Assembly (NCBI GenBank): GCA_904063045.1
Contig: CAJFCJ010000012.1
Location: 1,860,001-1,924,000 of the forward strand
Source of the DNA: Dimorphilus gyrociliatus
Lineage: Eukaryota > Animalia > Annelida
DNA: 64,000 nucleotides
Reading direction: 5' to 3'
Positions 60,933 to 64,000 of the stretch are shown here, piece after piece (positions within the stretch are counted from its first letter, which is position 1; each line of letters opens with the position of its first letter). The notes under the pieces were generated by a model that did not search any database, was not told the DNA's origin, and was given only the letters and a program-made list of their open reading frames with translations. Position numbers and translations under genes: made by a program.

Positions 60933-63469
60933 ATCTATAAGGTAAAATTGGTGTTTAGATAAGCGTTCTAAGCTATTGACTACAAATTTATTGCACAATT
61001 TGATAATTACCTATGCAGATATGCTTTTTTCGCTCGCGACAATTTCTTTTAATAAAAAATCAGCAAGAAGTGGCGAATTATAAAGTATCCTTTCGAAAAG
61101 ATTTGTATAATTTTAATCGAGCTGGTACTCTCAGACATAAACGTTTGTAACCGTTTTGTCTACTTCCGCGCCATAATGTATGGCGTTATTCTTTTCTTCA
61201 GAGACGCCATCTTGGTTTTGAGTCTAATTACCGCGGAAAATTTGAAATTATGTCTAGAATTTATAAATTCGTGAAAGGACTTGATGAATATTTGTTATAA
61301 AAATGGTGTTATTTTTGGTGTTGAAATAAAAATTTATGGGGGTAGAAAATAAAAATATTTTAGTAAATAATCAAAGGTGAAGGTCGTAACCGACTTTCGA
61401 ACAATACATATTATAAATATATGCTTTATATAGTATTGACAATAGGTAAATTTAACATATCGTCTAAACTCAGGTTTGATTTAATAAAAGGAGTGTTTTT
61501 GTGTTTTATAAAAATAAACTACAGAGGCTGGCTGGCATACTTTACTTAAGCAAATATGAATTAGTTTATAGAAAGTACTAAAAATAGTCGACCTATTATA
61601 AACATTCCTTTGATTTATTGATTATTACACGTTTAGAAGATAAATTGAGGGAAGAAAGATTAAAAGTTATTTTAAAAAGTTGCCCATTGATAATTAATAT
61701 GAAAGTATGTTTCAATAAAAGGCCACCTATTATTCTTTTTTAAATAGGCACGTATAGGTCTACACTTTTCTTAGAAGTGTAACTTTTCATTAATTCTTAA
61801 TAAGCATAATGGTATTTGTGGTTTGTAAAGAAACATCGAAAGCAATAGAATAAACGATCAACGCTAAGGAAATCCCAAAGAAAAATGCTAACAGAGCATT
61901 TCTTTTCGTTTATAAAATCTCAATACCAAGCCTAACAAAAAAAATTCGTATTCCTTCGTCTTAAAGAAATAGTGTAATAGGAAACTTGACTCTGAAAAAT
62001 AAATGTTTATCATACAATCGAATAGACGGAAACTGTATCACTTCATTTTAGTCATGTCTGCTTGAAAAGGAAGAGTTTTCCTATTTTTATTATAGTTCAA
62101 CATTCGTCACTTATAAATGTATAAATATAATACGAAACAGTGCATAATTAAACAAAAATTGTTCTAATTGCTAGGATAATAAATCTATAATTATTATTTT
62201 TAGAATGTATATTTTAACAAACCAGTGAAAGCCTATACAGAAATTTAATTATCGGTTTTACATATAGAAAATCAAAGAAGTTAAATTATGTTTAAAAAAT
62301 ATAATAAGAGACATTTTAAAAAGGCAAAGAGTGGTAAATTTAAAAGGAAACGTTTAATGATTAGTCATGACTCTTTAGAACTATTCTCTATTTTTCCCTC
62401 CAAAACCTCTTTTACCCCCCACATAACAAATTGTAGCAATGTGTGTCAAAAATACGATGTGCTTTAATCTTTACACAAACAAAATTCATTGTATATCGTC
62501 GATATTGATTGTTAAAAGCAATTATTTCCTGTACTTTATACTGTGTAGTTCTTAAGCTGTTATTGGGTTTTTTTTCCTCTCGTCAAGATATTTTTTTTTA
62601 TAGTATAACTTTGAATAACAGTCTGATAAAAAAACTTGCATGTATCTTATCAAAATTTTATGTGTCTATGAAAGCCTATAATCAATAGTCTGGTAAAAGA
62701 TAAAATACCTTATCTTATCAATAGTAATGTGTTTAATTAAATTATAACATCCGTGGCATAAAAAGATATTAGCAACTGAATCTATTCAACTTATTATGAC
62801 TAATATAAATTCACTTGTGTAATATTACGTTTGTTTTAGTGTTGCATTGCTACTAATGATTAATTAGGCTAAATATTTTACATTGGTGTTATTGTATTTT
62901 ATTATATGTATAACTAAGATAGTCACAACACAGAATATTGAATATATATGCTTCTTTTATGGTCTTCATATTAAAAAGTTAAAAAAAGCCTTTGTTTATG
63001 GAGGACTCAATAAAAACTGGAAATGTCAATAATTTCATCGTTATAGCTAAAAAAATTTTCCTAATTAATTGGATTTTTAACCGTCCAATTGAATTTTACA
63101 ACGACCCAAATATCCTTTCAAGTTATTACAAGTTAACGTGTCCAAAAATGTGAGATGACGTCATGTCTAAATATGTCGGCCAATGGCCGTTCAGAAAGAC
63201 TGTTTTTTTTATGAATATTCATTGAGTTGCCTTATTGAGTTTCCTTCAGCGTTTACTGTGCTGCAGGCCATATATGCGTATCTAGGGGTTTTGTTAATGT
63301 TTAATTTCTAATTACACTTTTTTTGTAATATTTTTCATGATAATTATTTTTTAACTCATAATAAACTAGATAATTACATAATTTTGCTTTTAAGCTCTTT
63401 GATAAGAGAACTATAAAGCTGAAACCCCTTGAAAAAACAAAAACTGGTGTAGTTCTCTGGTGTGGTTGT

Positions 63470-63599
63470 ATGACTCACCCGACTCCCGCACTCAGTTCTA
63501 GTAGTAGTGGTTATACGACGACGAAGAAAATGAATCGCAGCTTACAACCAGATTTCAACGCTCTTCTTAAAGAAAGATTCTTCCCTGTTCATTCCTCAG
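63470..63599 (+). CDS. Possible first coding exon of an unidentified gene
   Basis: MTHPTPALSSSSGYTTTKKMNRSLQPDFNALLKERFFPVHSS|GTATGA donor, downstream of TGACGTCA and CCAAT motifs near 63155-63190. Confidence 0.3.
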
Positions 63600-63737
63600 G
63601 TATGATCGCCTTATAGTATGCGCAAAAATACTGATGTTTTTGTCAAAGATTTGGGCTAAGATGGGTATAAGTGGGCTTTTCAGGCTTTATTATTATTATT
63701 TTTTTATATATTATTGTAAAGGGACGCTATATTATGG

Positions 63738-64000
63738 TTAAATCATATTTGTAGCTTCTACGATTCGTAATATATTAATAATTAGAGAAGAAATACAGTA
63801 TATCAAAAATAAAATACGACAAGTCGAAGCTAGCAAACAATATCCAAGTGCGTGCTGATAATAGAAACAGCGCTTACAATAAAGATTCATATTGGATTTG
63901 CGACGTTCTGACCTAGGCATAGGCTTCGTTGGCACCTCGCCAATTGGCCGTTCGCCAAGCTTTTGAATTTGTAGAGGTCGCTTTTCGTCAATTTTATAAC
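63738..64000 (-). CDS. Possible 3' part of a minus-strand gene entering from beyond the window
   Basis: Frame open from the window edge: YKIDEKRPLQIQKLGERPIGEVPTKPMPRSERRKSNMNLY, followed by either a GTAAGC donor or a hydrophobic tail. Confidence 0.3.
   Translation of the reverse strand, partial: YKIDEKRPLQIQKLGERPIGEVPTKPMPRSERRKSNMNLYCKRCFYYQHALGYCLLASTCRILFLIYCISSLIINILRIVEATNMI

Noticed and set aside
61085-63119. U12-type donor words GTATCCTTTC (61085) and ATATCCTTTC (63110)
   Set aside because: Neither lies in a plus-strand gene model, and I found no matching branch point or exon.

Overview
AT-rich, very gene-dense eukaryotic (animal) DNA with about 28 protein-coding genes in 64 kb, mostly 50-110 nt GT-AG introns and intergenic gaps often under 200 nt. 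This fits a miniaturised invertebrate genome; the annelid Dimorphilus gyrociliatus is my guess and cannot be verified here. Recognisable genes are MMAA (5' partial), RPS3A, TIMM8, a lipoxygenase, NPL, UBR1/2, MRRF, TRAPPC14, MCTS1, an Ldh_2-family dehydrogenase, MAD2L1, MAPK7/ERK5, EXOSC8, MKRN2OS, CEP135, LRRC59, ATP6V1H, SCOC, UNC50, BDP1 and JADE. Several small spliced genes are absent from the ORF track: TIMM8, MCTS1, MAD2L1, SCOC, an acylated IQ-motif protein and a 70-aa type I membrane protein. The most notable observations are: (1) two homologous 99-nt exons in UBR1/2 separated by only 34 nt, indicating mutually exclusive splicing; (2) a lipoxygenase with an MGNNCC acylation motif that has lost an iron-ligand His; (3) a 26-bp composite promoter element repeated 37 kb apart, plus CTCF-type motifs; (4) an ERK5 with a TQY activation loop; (5) a CEP135 that appears to lack its N-terminus; (6) a candidate intronic H/ACA snoRNA in RPS3A. 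I saw no tRNA, rRNA, CRISPR array or intact mobile element. Exon boundaries were read by eye and outer coordinates are given for spliced genes.
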